Positions 40,140-53,894 of a stretch of 64,000 bases of DNA are shown piece after piece. The stretch covers positions 104,284,001 to 104,348,000 of the forward strand of contig OX597818.1 of NCBI GenBank assembly GCA_951406725.2. Direction: 5' to 3'. The notes under the pieces were generated by a model that saw only the letters and a program-made list of their open reading frames with translations, ran no database searches and had not been told where the DNA came from. The DNA comes from Octopus vulgaris. Its lineage: Eukaryota. Made by a program: the position numbers and the translations under genes. Every line of letters begins with the position of its first letter. The first letter of the stretch is position 1.

Positions 40140-40295
40140 CGACAGGCTCCTTTCAGTTTCCGTCCACCAGATCCACTCACAAGGCTTTGGTCGGCCCGAG
40201 GCTATAGTAGAAGACACTTGCCCAGGGTGGCACGCAGTGGGACTGAACCCGGAACCATGTGGTTGGTGAGCAAGCTACTTACCATACAGCCTCTC
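39980..40295 (-). mobile_element. tRNA-derived SINE (family of 27762)
   Basis: Reverse complement of 27762-28040. Confidence 0.85.
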
Positions 40296-40916
40296 CTACA
40301 ACTGTTTAATTTGTCTGAATGTGTAGTCATTCCTGCAAGAAGATATGTGACTTAGTTACTATTCGACGTGATCCCAGAGGAACATATTGGATGAGTGTTA
40401 ATAATGGGTTCAAATTTTGGCACAAGGCCAGTAATTTTTATGGAAGAGGTAAATAGATAACATTGACACCTGTATTAAATGGGTGCTTGATTTATAAACC
40501 CCGATAGAAAGAAAAAAGAGAAGCTTACTTCGGCGGCTTGGATGCACACTAATAATAGACAATTTTTATGTATCTCAAACATGATTAATAAAAAAAGTGT
40601 TGTGACGTCGTTTGAGCTGAACAACTTAGAGCAGCAGCAGAACAAAAAAAAACACACAGGGAAGTTAAAAGGAAGATGATAACTATGTTTGTGCTGATAA
40701 TAACGATGATGATGATTGGGATAACGGTAATTACGATGACCTGGAGAATCTCCATGATGATCACGATGAACGTGTTGCAGTTGTTGTTGTTGTTCCTCAT
40801 TATAAATTTGACCATGATCATGATTGTGATGGTGGTGGTGGTTGTGGTGTTGGTAGTGGTGGTTATGATGAAGATGATCTTCTGAATGTGCATGCTGATC
40901 GAGATGATCATGCTGC

Positions 40917-40953
<37 letters not shown>

Positions 40954-41470
40954 ATAGTAGTAGTAGCAGTAGTAGTAGTAGTAGTAGTAGTAGTAGTTAG
41001 TTGTTGTTGTTTTTGTTGTTTTTGTTGTTGATGATGATGAGGAGGAGGAGGAGGAGGAGGAGGAGAAGAAGGAGGAGGATGGTGGTAGTGGTGGTGATGG
41101 TGATGGTTTTGGTGATGGTACTGGTGGTGGTGGTGGTGGTGGTGGTAGTGGTGGTGGCGGCGGTGGGATTTTTTTTATCTTCAGATTATTCTTGCCGATC
41201 CTGATGATCTGACTGGTTTTCTCGCCGAAGTCGACGATGGCGATGACGACCGCAGCGATGATGACGATGACAATGGCGATGACGACTACAACGACGATGA
41301 CCACTACAACAGCGATGACCACGACGACGCCGGCGACCACGACGATGACGACGACGGCGACGACGACGACGGCGACGACGACGACGGCGACGACGACGAC
41401 GGCGACGACGACGGCGACGACGACGGCGACGACGACGACGATGATGATGATGATGATGGCAATGAAGATT

Positions 41471-41502
<32 letters not shown>

Positions 41503-42489
41503 AGTGATGGAGTTGGTAAGAAGATAGAGAAGGACTGTGGTAATGGTCAAGTTGATTGGCACTAATTACTCTCTTGCCAAATTAAAATTTGCACATTTCA
41601 TTTGTCTGTAGAAATCCTTGATGTTATCCTCCTTATGCAGAAGGTCAATTTTATAGATATTCTCTCTCTTCGTACAAGGTAGTGACGTTTCTAATTATTT
41701 AACGAGTGCTGCTTCCAGAAAAATGTGTTCCGCTAAATTGACTTTACTTTGATACTCCACGTTACGACAAAGTCCTGAAGTGGTGATCCAACAAACCAAC
41801 GACTTTCAAGCCTCAAATTATTATATCAAGACCGAGGGAGAGGAGAGAGGATGGGGAGAGAGGGAGGGAGATAGAGGAGAGAGGGAGAGGGCGAGAGAGA
41901 GGACGAGAGGGAAAACAGACAAACAGACAGCGATACAAACAGAGAGAGAGAGCCAGTGAAATAGAGAGAGCCAGTGAGAGAGAAAGCCAGTGAGAGAGAG
42001 AGTCAGTGAGAGAGAGAGCCAGTGAGAGAGTAAGCCAGTGAGAGAGAGAGCGAGACAGAGAGAGAAAGAGAGAAAGAAAGCGAAGGAGAGAGAAAGAGAG
42101 AGAAAGAGACAGAGGCAGATAGAGAAAGAGAGACAGACAGACAGACAGACAAACAGAGACAGAAAGAGAGAGACAGTGAGAGACAGAGAGAGAGAAAGAC
42201 AAAGACAAAGAGAGACAGACAGAGACAGTCAAAGAGAGAGAGACGGACGAAAGAGACAGAAAATGACACAGAGAGAAACAGTGAGAGACAGACAGACAGA
42301 GACAAACAGCGAAAGCGAGACAGAGAAAGGGGGAGACAGAGAGTGAGAGAGGAGATTGTAGGTTTGCGTTGGCACAAATTCCCAGCGATTCTCATAAGTC
42401 ATTCAGTTGCGTGGTTATAATTAGAAAGTTTGTCGTGTATCCAGAACAAGTAAAAGTCATTCAGCATAATTTGAATATTAGTTTCTAAC

Positions 42490-42940
42490 TATGGAACAGT
42501 TCTATATTTAAGAGATGGGGAATTATGTACATTGTTTACAGTATTTACATTTGACGGATATTTGTCCTCATCTTGTTTGTTGTTAACACAACGTTTCGGG
42601 TGATATACCCTCCAGATTTCATCAGGTGTCTCGGGAAAATTTAGAACCTGGGGTTTCATTCCTAAGGTATTTTTCGATGTTGTATATGCCCACGGATATA
42701 TGGCGTTGTGGTTAAGAGCGCCAAGACTCCGAGTTCGATTCCTGAACAATATTAATAATAATTAGAACAACAACAACAACATCGAAAAATACCTCAGGAA
42801 TGAGAACCCAGGTTCGAAATTTCCCCGAGACACCTGATGAATGCTGCAGGATATATCAGCCGAAATTTGTGTTAACAACAAACAAGATGAGGACAAATAT
42901 CCGTCAAATGTAAATAATTTAAATAATGTAAATAATGCTG
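42490..42940. mobile_element. Inverted pair of short HHR-bearing repeats (family C): HHR on - at 42586-42629 and on + at 42830-42872
   Basis: acac-CTGATGA-[a(t/g)ctg..atatca(g/c)cc]-GAAA-(cg)TT-gtgt in both arms. The arms are reverse complements of each other, separated by a tRNA-SINE head fragment. Confidence 0.7.
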
Positions 42941-43624
42941 TATTTAATTAAGTCACCCTCATTTAAGAACCACCGCTATATTCTTTTGATCATTGGGCAT
43001 ATACTGTCGAAAGTGAATACAGAAATGGATGTGTCAACAATCACCGGGTCACGGATCAGTACAAGGCTGCGGGTTATTTAGCTGCGGGGAAAAATACATT
43101 TTCAAATCTTGAATTGCATTATTATCTCCCTTCTTTAAATGTTCTTCATTCACAAATGTATGCGTCTCACGCTAGTTTCATGTCGCACCGGCGTGCAGTT
43201 CTGGGTAAGGCATACATGAACGATTTGAATTTCATTTCGAACGACCAGTTTCAATGCAACAACCTTCAAAAATATGAAAGTCATGTGGAGGATCGAAGCG
43301 TCACAGAAACATTCAATATAATGGTGCAGAAACTTGTGCCAATGTTGAAATGTGACATTGCTGCAGTATACCTGATCAGCACTTCAAACAACTTCAGAGA
43401 TCAAGCTCTGATAGGAGCAGACAGCCACCATAAATTTATTACAATGTAATAATAGTAGAAATAAAATGCATACCATGTCATAATTACATTCTCGTTAATT
43501 TTGTAATAATTATATTATACTAGCTGGACCCGTGAAAAATTTACGGAAAACACAAAAAAAAGTAAGCATCTGTAAATTGTGTGCTGATGCCATAAGAAAT
43601 GTTTCTATATTGTGACAGTAAAAG

Positions 43625-43890
43625 ACGGCGAACTGGCAGAATCGTTAGCACGCCGAGCGAGGTGCTCAGCGGTAATTCGTCAGACTTTACGTTCAGAGTT
43701 CAAATTCTGCCGAGGTCGACTTTTCAATTGAAACACTCTAAATGATTTTGAAGTTTATCGTTTTAATAAGATTGCCTTTCATCCTATCGAGGTCGATAAA
43801 TTAAGCACCAGTTGCGTACTGGGGTTCATCTAATCGACTGGCCTCCTCCCCAACAAAAAAAAATTAGGACTTGTGCCTGTAGGAGAAAAA
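43625..43890 (+). mobile_element. Meta-like tRNA SINE interrupted by a ~50-bp insertion
   Basis: SINE core gtcgactt|tgcctttcatcc is split at 43722-43771. Confidence 0.8.
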
Positions 43891-44059
43891 TATATTGCGA
43901 CAGTTACAGAATACAGAAAGAAGGGAAAAACCGATAACTATATAATACAACCAAAATATCTCAGTTACGCAAGCGTAAACAGAGTTATTATTTAGCCTTA
44001 AAATACATCGTACATATTCAGAGAACCTTCTTGGTTTAATGATACGGAGGCTTTTCTTG

Positions 44060-44260
44060 TATTCTTTTATTCTTTTACTTGTTTCAGTCACTTGAGTGTG
44101 GTCATGCTGGATCACCCTTTTGTCGAAGAAATTGACCCCTGGACTTATTCCTTGTAAGCTTGATGCTTATTCTGGCTGTCTCTTCTGCTGAAAAGCTAGC
44201 ATACAGGGACGCAAACACACCAACATCGGTTGTCAAACAATGGTGATGGTGGGACAAACA
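44060..44260 (-). mobile_element. SINE 3' part (family of 27762)
   Basis: tcttttacttgtttcagtca...aacacaccaacatcggttgtcaa. Confidence 0.7.
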
Positions 44261-45682
44261 CACACACAACACATACGCATATATATGTATATGACGGGCT
44301 TGGAGATGGTGGTGATGCTGGCTGGTGCTATTTTGTGGTTTACTGGTATGCCGAGAGAGATCCAGCTCTGTTTCTCATACATTTTAAGTACAGCTTCTTT
44401 TGCTCTTGGCTCATGTGTTCACGATTCTGTTGATCTCTATCTCTCTTATTTGGAAAATAACCTTCTCTTTGGTCCTGGCTCACTTGTTCCATCCTTTGCT
44501 GGTTTCTTTCCATCCTGTGCCGTAGGATACCCTCCCTCTCCTCTTGGTTTATTCCGTTTCTTCTCTGTCTCACCCTCGCACGATTTGGATTCCTTATTAC
44601 CACCCGCTGTCCCTCGTGAAACCGTTCTATCTCTCACTCTCTCTACACTGACGCTCGCGTGCTGCGTCCCTCATGCGATTATCCATATTTTAAAACTTAT
44701 TAAAACGATAAATCTCCAAAATGATTCAGGGTGTTTCAATTGAAAAACATGTACGAATATATTAGACAGTTTTTTGTTTAAAAAGGTGAATATATTTCTG
44801 AAATAATTATCTAATATGCACAGTATATAGGACACAATAATTAATGGTATTGTAGGAAAGTTAAAAGCAAAAGGAAAAAAATAAAATTAATATATTTGAT
44901 TTTGTTCGGCTCTATGAATTTGATTTTTTTTTTAATGCTTTCGTCAATTGCTTGCTACAAGTATAACGAAATTGGAAGAATCCTGACCAAAAAAGAGAAA
45001 TTCTAACTCAACAAAAAAGTATAGAAAGAGAAAGTTGTATTTATTTCCACTATACGACACTTATTATCACACACACACACACACACACACATACAGACAT
45101 ATATACATTCATGTATATATATATATATGTGATTTGTGTGTTTGTTTGTGTGTGTGTGTGTCTTAGATTTTGTTTACTTGAACAGATAAAAAAATGAGCC
45201 ACTTGAACAACTCTGTGTGGTTGTTCAATTTGCTAGAAATAACAGCCAAATCTCCCTCATACTATGGTTTTGTTAATATTAAGGAAAGGGGAAAATAGAA
45301 TTAATGTTTTGGATTTTGTTCAGCTCTATGAATTTAATTTGTTTTCTTAAATGCTTTTTTTTCCATTGCTTGATACAAGAAAAAAGAATTGAAAAAATTC
45401 TGACAAAAGCAGAGAAATTTTGACTGAACAAAAAATATAGATGAGAAAGAAAAAGTATTCGAAAGTCAAACGATATTTTATAATTTTATAATTAAAACAA
45501 ATTCAAAATTTGAATTTCAGAACATAAGACTTAACGCGTTATCAGGTGTATGAGCGAATTCAAATGGGTAGAATACCTAAAACAAATGTCTGTGTGTGTG
45601 GGGGGGGGAGTACTTTTAATAGCCAGGGGTCAATTTCAGTTCAATCGTAGAAAGGAATTCAAATATCAGCCACTCCCTCTCA

Positions 45683-45717
<35 letters not shown>

Positions 45718-46342
45718 ATTATCTCTCTCCATTGCTCGAAACGCGTCAAATTTAAGTATCGTAAATTTGTCATTAAGATCCTCGCTTCTTCGGTGGCCCA
45801 GGAGGCATGGATGCCAAGAAGTAGTAATACAACACATAGATGTCGGTTTTAAATCTCCTCCGGAAATTACAAGAGATCAAATTAAAAATTTTATTTAAGT
45901 AACAAAATTTTTTTTTAACAATTTCTTTTTCTTAAGCGTGTCACACGCGTCAAGTACAAAAAAAAAAACAAATTGGCGTATTAATATTATTGATAGTATG
46001 CATTTTATAGTTCTAACATTCGCGAAATCCTCCGGTCTGTGATACAAAATGAAAATAAAATTTAGGGATTCCTGTAGTATTGCATGTGCATGTTGCTTTG
46101 ATGTTTCTTTGTCGTGGCTTTGTTTTGATTTCTTTTGTATCCCTCATCAATTTTAATGGATTGGAGGGGCAAGATGTTCTCGTGCTTCTAACAGAGATAA
46201 ATTGCTTTCAGATGAGAATTTGTATGACTTAACATTCTAAGATGAGATAAAACTTGGAATTCTTTCGCATGCTAGAGATGAGTCAGGGACAAGCTCATGT
46301 AATTCAGGATAAAAGAAAACATCCGCAATATTTTTATTATCA

Positions 46343-46453
<111 letters not shown>

Positions 46454-46459
46454 CGTTGA

Positions 46460-47220
46460 TAGTGCTACGGAGGGGAGCGTTATCAGTTCGATGTAAACTC
46501 TACAGGAACGGATGTGCTTTCAATCGGGCTTTTCCAAGGTGCGCGCAGAGTGACGAAACATTTCTGCACGCACTCTTTCATTGTCCAAGTACTGCTGACT
46601 TGTGGGATTATATCGAACAGCGTTATCACGTGTGGGACGGACCCTTCCGCTGCTCTCCTACAATCGAGCAGGCAAGACAGTTTCCCTTTACCTGGCGGCT
46701 GTGGTGAAAGAGGTTGTTTGGTGACAAGGCTGAAAGGCACGAGGACAGAATCATTTCTCTTTGGTAGAGCTCTCGTTGACTTCTCCAAGTTTCACTTGAA
46801 AAGGAAATTAAGAGTAGAGAGGGAAGTGCTATCCTCAAGTAAGTTTATTGAAAGGTGAGTGAAAGCTGCGAAAATGGCAAGAGTGGATGGTACTCCTCTC
46901 AGTGTTGACCTGTAAGTCAGAGAGAAGGAACTGGAAAGGGCATTTGCTCTTAGGGTTTTAGGGAAATCTCGGACAGTGAGGTTCCTCGATTATCCCTATA
47001 GATCCTTCTGTATCAGGAGTGCTATATTATTATCCTCCGCCCCCACACTTTTTCTTTTTAAACGTTTTTATATTACGTATATGCCCCCTTCTTTTTCAGT
47101 GTATATCGTTTATACTTACTTTCTATTTCTTTTCATCTTTTCATTATAAGAAATCCCCTAACACTTTATGTCTGACTTTGTATTGTCCACCTCCTCCTTC
47201 GCCTCTGTTGGAAATAAATG
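46460..47220 (+). mobile_element. L1/Tx1-clade LINE 3' fragment
   Basis: zf-RVT-like PRCAQSDETFLHALFHCP..W; pyrimidine-rich 3' UTR ending in aataaa. Confidence 0.65.
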
Positions 47221-47272
47221 CAATCATTATTATTGTTATTATTATCATTCTTCTTCTTATTATTATTATTAT

Positions 47273-47331
<59 letters not shown>

Positions 47332-47339
47332 TTGTGCTA

Positions 47340-47810
47340 TGAGATTAATATTATTAGTAAGAGCTGTATTTTCATTGTTATCTCTGCTGCTATTTTCCGT
47401 GACCTGTTTTCTGATAGCTTCGAACTCTACTTCTGTGAACCAACAATTCTTTCTTATTGCTCTAGCTTGATTACTCTGTTCCACGAGTTGAAACAATCCT
47501 TTTTCTCCCCAATGATCATACATAAGCTGTCGGTAACCCCTAATTTGAGCACCATTTTCATCATCACCATCATCATCATAATCATCATCATCATTTTTAT
47601 AACTGCTTTTGCACACATTCTAACGCTGGAGATGTACTACAGTGTCAGCTGTTCACTACCAGTGAACTAAGGTAACACCTCTTATTTTTCGAACACCTTC
47701 ATGAGTATCCGAGCGGTTCCAAGCCGTGCTGTTTCTTACAAGTGATCCATCCTTATTTGCTTCAAGTACATCTCGAAACTTTTGCTCACTGTTCCCAGGG
47801 CTTCGACAAT
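47340..47810 (-). mobile_element. Fragments of further R4/Dong-type elements (N-terminal motif 47340-47545; C-terminal end and 3' UTR 47595-47810)
   Basis: RGYRQLMYDHW..GLF..EQ..QARAIRKN.WFTEVE; VEALGTV..LGTARIL.KV. Confidence 0.6.
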
Positions 47811-47811
47811 T

Positions 47812-47891
<80 letters not shown>

Positions 47892-50544
47892 TCAGTAGTT
47901 TTATTTTTATAGCGTGCTTTCACTTCACTACCGAGCGCAGCTCTGAGTGCCTTTGATATGTGCTGTGATTTGTTGTGATGCTCTGGTGGTTATTGTATGG
48001 AAAGTGTTCTGCGTAGGATGTGCGCAGTGCCTAGTAATGCAATTTTCTGTATGTTATATGTGTTTGTAAGTCCTGGTGTTTTTGTTATGTATTTGTCTGA
48101 ATATTTTTTTATCATGCCTAATGCACCTACTATGATAGGAATTGTTTCTGTTTTTAGATTCCACATTCTGGTTACCTCTATTTCCAGGTCTTTGTATTTT
48201 GAAAGTTTCTCCATTTCTTTTAGAGACATGTTGTCATCTGCTGGTATTGATACATCAATTAGAAAGCATTTTTTTCTTCATGATCTCTGACAACTATATC
48301 TGGTCTGTTGGCCTTAACTTCTCTATCTATGTGTATCGGCATATCCCAGAGTATGATTGCTTTCTTGTTTTCTGTGACATTTTCTGGTGTGTGCCTATAC
48401 CATCTTTTTTCTGTTGTTATTCCATAATGTTGGCATAGCTTCCAGTGTATGTAGGTCCCAACTCTGCCGTGTCTATGAATATATTCCTTCTTAGCCAGGA
48501 CTGGGCAGCTAGAGATAATATGATTTATTGTTTCTTGTCCATCTCCATATATTCTGCAGTTACTTGTTATATTTCTTTTCATTACATGATTTGGTAATTT
48601 CTGATGGGGAGGCTTTGGTCTTGTGCTGCAATTAAAAATCCCTCTGTCCCTGCTTTGAGTCCTGAGCTTCTCCACCATTACTGGGATTTTTCTTCGTCTA
48701 TTTCTTTTGCATTTAGTTTAGTCCAGTATTTACCATGAAGGGGCTTTTCTTGCCATCGTTTTATCATGGTTCTTTGCTGTTCTAGTTTTAGTTTGGATTT
48801 CATTTGTTTTATATCTTTTGTTGTTTCTTCTTCTTCTTCTTCTTCTTCTTCTTCTTCTTCTTCTTCTTCTTCTTCTTCTTCTACTCTTCATCTTCTTCTT
48901 CTTCTTCTTTTTCTACCTCTTCTTCTTCTTCTTCTTCTCTTCTTCTTCTTCTTCTTCTTCTTCTTCTTCTTCTTCTTCTTCTTCTTCTTCTTCTACTTCT
49001 TTTTCTTCTTCTTCTTCTTCTTCTTCTTCTTCTTCTTCTTCTTCTTCTTCTTCTTCTTCTTCTTCTTCTTCTTCTTCTTCTTCTTCTTCTTCTTCTTCTT
49101 CTTCTTCTTCTTCTTCTTCTTCTTCTTCTTCTTCTTCTTCTTCTTCTTCTTCTTCTTCTTCTTCTTCTTCTTCATATTTGTTAGGTGGTATGATTTCTTG
49201 TTTGTATTTGTCAGCTTCTTTAAATACTGAGAACAGTTTTTAGTTTTGCTCGTGTTTTGCCGCTATTTGTATCAGTTTTTCTTCCTGCTGAAGTAGATAT
49301 TTTTGCAGTTCTATGGTGGTTATTTTATAGTAGTTTTCCAGCTGCATAAGGCCTCTACCACCTTCTATACGTTGTATATATAGTCTTTCTATGTCAGATT
49401 TTGGGTGATGCATCCTAGATCCTGTCATTATTTTTCTTGTTTTCCTATCTATTTTGGTCAGTTCATTTAGTGTCCAGTTAAGGATATTGTAGCTGTAACT
49501 TATAACTGGGACGGCTAAAGTGTTAATACCTATTATCTTGTTTTTAGCATTGAGCTCTGTTTTTAGTATTGATCTAACTCTTGTATAATATTCTTTTTTT
49601 ATTTTCTCTTTCATTTGTGTGTGTTGTGTTTTATCTAGTTCATGGATTCCTAAGTATTTGTAAGTTTGGCTTTGGTCTGATTCTTTTATTTCATTGGTTT
49701 TATCTAGTGTGATGTTGCTACTCTTAACTAGTTTTCCTCTTTTCAGGGTTACTTTGGCACATTTTTCTAATCCAAATTTCATATATATTTCTTTGGTAAA
49801 TCCATGAACTGTCTTTAATAGTGTTTCCAGCTGTTTGTCATTTACAACGTATAGTTTTAGGTTATCCATATATAAAAGGTGGCTGATCGTTTTGCCGTAA
49901 CATTTATATCCGCATCCAGTTCTATTTAGCATATCAGATAGAGGTGACAGTGCCAAGCAGAAAAGGAGTGGAGAGCGCGTGTCTCCCCGGAATATTCCTC
50001 TTCTAATGGGGATGGCTTTGGTTTTCACGAGTCTCTCTTTTGTTTGGAGCTGTAGCACTGTTTGCCATTTATTCATAGAGTGTCCTATGTATTTTATAAT
50101 TGTTGGTACTACTTTGTTAATGGCTAGTGTTTCGAGGATCCATGTGTGGGGGATACTATCAAACGCCTTTCTGTAGTCGACCCATGCCATACTGAAGCCT
50201 TTCTTCTTTCTGTGGCTGTCTTTAGTTATGGCTTTATTGATCATTAGTTGATCTTTACAGCCGTATGAGCCTTTGTGGAATCCTTTCTGCTCTTCTGGAA
50301 ACAGGTTGTTTTCGTCCAGGTGCTTGTTCAACCTTTGCGATATCACTGCAGTAAATGCCTTGTACATTGTAGGGAGACAGGTTATTGGTCTGTAGTTTTC
50401 TGGTTTTGCTGTCTCATTGGATTTGGGAGTTAAGATGGTTTTCCCCTTCGTGAGCCATTCAGGCATTGTCTCTGGCTTTGCCAGTATGTTGTTAAAGCTT
50501 TCAGCCAGCTTTTTGTGTATTCCTGGTAGATATTTTAACCAGAA

Positions 50545-50545
<1 letters not shown>
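47892..50545 (-). mobile_element. R4/Dong-clade non-LTR retrotransposon (RT + CCHC + restriction-like endonuclease), 5' truncated, inserted in (TAA)n
   Basis: ORFs 49240-50466 (NYRPITCL, DYRKAFDSIPH, GIFRGD..SPLLF, YMDN), 48259-48678 (C..ETINHIISSC, RH, NRPDIV) and 47990-48229 (KLSKYKDL, VGALG). TTA arrays on both flanks match the known TAA targeting of Dong. Confidence 0.92.
48823..49174. repeat. (CTT)n/(GAA)n expansion inside the LINE coding region
   Basis: ~350 bp of nearly pure ttc repeats. Confidence 0.95.
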
Positions 50546-50610
<65 letters not shown>

Positions 50611-51166
50611 GAGTGAGAGAGCAGTTCATGCCATCAAAGTGACACTGGGGTAAAATATACGAAGCCCAATATACCCATCATGACTATCTGTCTGATAAGG
50701 GTACACTAGGCACATGCTTCACAACCATATGTGCGCGCATGGTGATCTCATATCAAGATAAACAGCACATGACCTTGCAGGTGGGGCCCACTTAGAATTT
50801 TCTTCAGGTTGAGTAGCCCATCCCGCTCAAAAGGTCCCTGAATAAGGGTTGTTTAAGGATGTTGAAAGAACCACCCATGTTTCCAGAGGTGAACTATTCA
50901 AACCCCAAAGAATCCCTCTCAACACATGGCTATGATGCTCCCCCACTACTTCTGCTCGTGATCAGAGATGCACATATCGTCAGCCACTAAGGGACATGCT
51001 CAACTGGTTATGGTCAAACAACTGACAAGCAAATCTGTGGTATTGAGCAGAATATTTGCTGTAGCCCATCTTTTATACCAAGACAAAACAATGTACATGA
51101 TAACACTTCCAATCAGTTAAGATCAGAAGACATGAGAGCCAATGCCTGGTACTGCATCAGGGCATT
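50611..51166 (-). mobile_element. Non-coding insert between TAA arrays, probably the 3' UTR of a TAA-targeting LINE
   Basis: Higher-GC unique block bounded by (TTA)n on both sides; no ORF. Confidence 0.4.
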
Positions 51167-51204
51167 TATTATTATTGTTATTATTATTTTTGTTATTATT
51201 ATTA

Positions 51205-51279
<75 letters not shown>

Positions 51280-51663
51280 GCATGAGCGTCGTCATCGTCG
51301 CTGTCATCCTCCTCCTCCTCATCATCATCATCATCATCATCATCAACACCAACATTTTCTTCATCAACGTCATTATTACCTCCTTCTTCATGTTCGAGCT
51401 AATTATCTTTAATTTCTTTTCCTCTTGATTACTCACTAAAGTTTTATAGAGATCTCATTCTTAGAATTCATGTTAAAGTCGTTTCTGTGAGAATTAATGG
51501 AAAATATAGCTTTGGAAACACATTTTTCAAATTTACTGCAAGGATTTATACGGTAAGTTAATCAACATTAACACAGACTCCAAATCCTTCACTTTTATGA
51601 GAAAGTCATGTTTGGTTTTGCCTCTGTTGCTCTCATTCTATGCATAAATTACTGTCTATCTAT

Positions 51664-51738
<75 letters not shown>

Positions 51739-53621
51739 CTATCTATCTACCTCTCCCCTTTCTCTCTCACTCTTTCTCTCCCCATACATATATATATATA
51801 CATGTACGTATGTATCTATCTAAATATTTGAAGCATATATATACATTCAACCTTGGTCTTCTTCCATTCGTTTTCTCATAGTTACTGTCTTATCGTCTCT
51901 CACAAGTTCTCATTATTCCGGTTACACGATCACATTACATTATCTATACTCATGTCTCCCCCTCTCTCTCTCTTTCGCACTATGTCGCACTTTCTTTCTA
52001 TCAGTATATCTATTTTCCTATGGCTTTCTCTTGTCTTCTATCCTTAACCTAGTCTTAGTTCATCTAATCTTGCCATGTCACAACATTTTCCTTTCAGTTT
52101 TATCATTTTCTTTACTAGCGGAGTGTCTTTACCTGTTCTCATTCAAATATACATCTCTATACATAATATTTAGACTGATAATTACCACAGCCCTTACGGT
52201 GTCGTACATATTTCTTTGTGGTAATCTCCCTGCTTTCTGCTTTCTCAATTCAGATCCGATCGAAAACGAATTTAGCTTACATCCCTTCGCAACTGATTAA
52301 TAGAGAATCGAACATGTACTTGCGTGGATTCTCCTCTTTTGCTCTACCTGTTTTGCTCCTAAAAAAAGAAAATGGCTGTAATCAGGTCTGAAAAGTATGG
52401 ACTCCACCAAGCTTGAAATTGGCGAAGACATGCTGCCTGCTATGTTGGCGCGCTTGCGACCCCTTCATAAAATGGATAACCTAAGTCAAGGCAAGAGGAG
52501 CACTGTATAATATCGAGATATAGAAGGTGAAAACTTTCAAGAAATATAGAATGCATTTATTCAACTGCATGATTGGTTGTACAGTTTCCCCGAGATAGTA
52601 AATCATGTGTATTAGTAGTAGTAGTAGTAGTAGTTGTTGTTGTTCTTGTTGTAATAGTAGTAGTGTTGATGGTGTTGGTGGTGGTGGTGGTGGTGGTGAT
52701 GGTGGTTTTGGTGGTGGTTGTGGAAGTGGTATCAGCAGCCGCAGCAGCAGCAGCAGCGGTGGTAAGGCTTGCAGTTCTTATTTTGTATTCCATAGTAAAG
52801 AGGGGAATTCGCAGAATTTTAGGTATTACTCTATCATCAATTCACATACGGTTAGGATTGGTTTTTCCAGCACAAAAAAATATCTTACAAATTATCTCTT
52901 CACATAATAACAACTCGTTAAATATTAATACATTTACTAATACTAACATTAATTTAGCTAATACCATCCATCCCTCTAGAAATATTGATAACAAGGTTAT
53001 TGTATCTGAAGTCAATTCCAACAGAATTAAGTTTATGTGAAGTAACACTAAAATTTGAAATTCTATATACCAGTGTAAAATAAGTACCCATAATTAAGTA
53101 CTATTTTACATTGGAAGCACGTCGTTACAGTTATCTAAAACAACTTCTATCCATTACTCAACATTTAGGGATAGGAATAAGCGTAACAGTACAGGGCTCA
53201 GTAAATTAATTTGAGATCTAAAAGACCATAAAGAACAATTTAATTTAGATTCTCTCAATGTCGATACCTTATGACGAAGGAAAGGAATTCTGTCTTCTCT
53301 GTAATCCTGAACTATTTTTCATTATTTTTTCTAAAGATCCCCTAGTAAATACGGTTATAAAGTGTGCAGACCCATGTAAACATTGGCAAAACCACACCTT
53401 TTGTTCATATAAGTAATCTGTATCATTATATGTAATTTAGACATTAATTTTCATTTTATATTCAATATTCACTAAAAATATATCCCTCCTCTTTCTATAG
53501 GCTACTTCTGACGTTATACCATATAACGTTTTTTTCAAACAATATTGATAGCGTTCAGTAAATCAGAAAACATATCCATCATTTTCTGTTAAAATGTCTT
53601 CTTGACAAGTTTCATTTCTTC

Positions 53622-53709
53622 ACTTTCCTGAAGAGAAGCTTACATTGTTTTACACCATTTATTCCTTTGGAATACTATCGGGGAAATCTTCGAAACATGT
53701 ATCGGAAGT
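53622..53709 (+). ncRNA. Type I hammerhead, slightly degenerate, in a non-coding element ending at the (TA)n at ~53900
   Basis: actttc-CTGAAGA-gaag[long loop]cttc-GAAA-catgta-TC-ggaagt. Confidence 0.6.
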
Positions 53710-53894
53710 AAAAGTATTTCAATTATACTTGCGTTAAACTCTATTTATTAATTTATGTATTATACAAAAAATTCCACGTAAGCCCGAAGTTTCTAACTTT
53801 AAACACAAGGAGTTACAACATCTTTACTACCCTGCTACCCTGGTACCTATTTATCTATCTTTTCCGTGTTAATTGTTAACAAGGGAAAATTACA

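Noticed and set aside
40585-41562. 325-aa hydrophobic / Pro-rich ORF
   Set aside because: Built entirely from trinucleotide microsatellites, with no domain content. The same applies to 21367-22166, 30136-30382, 32873-33444 and 52557-53040.
52330-52490. Possible host exon (locally GC-richer)
   Set aside because: No frame with convincing splice sites and a recognisable peptide.
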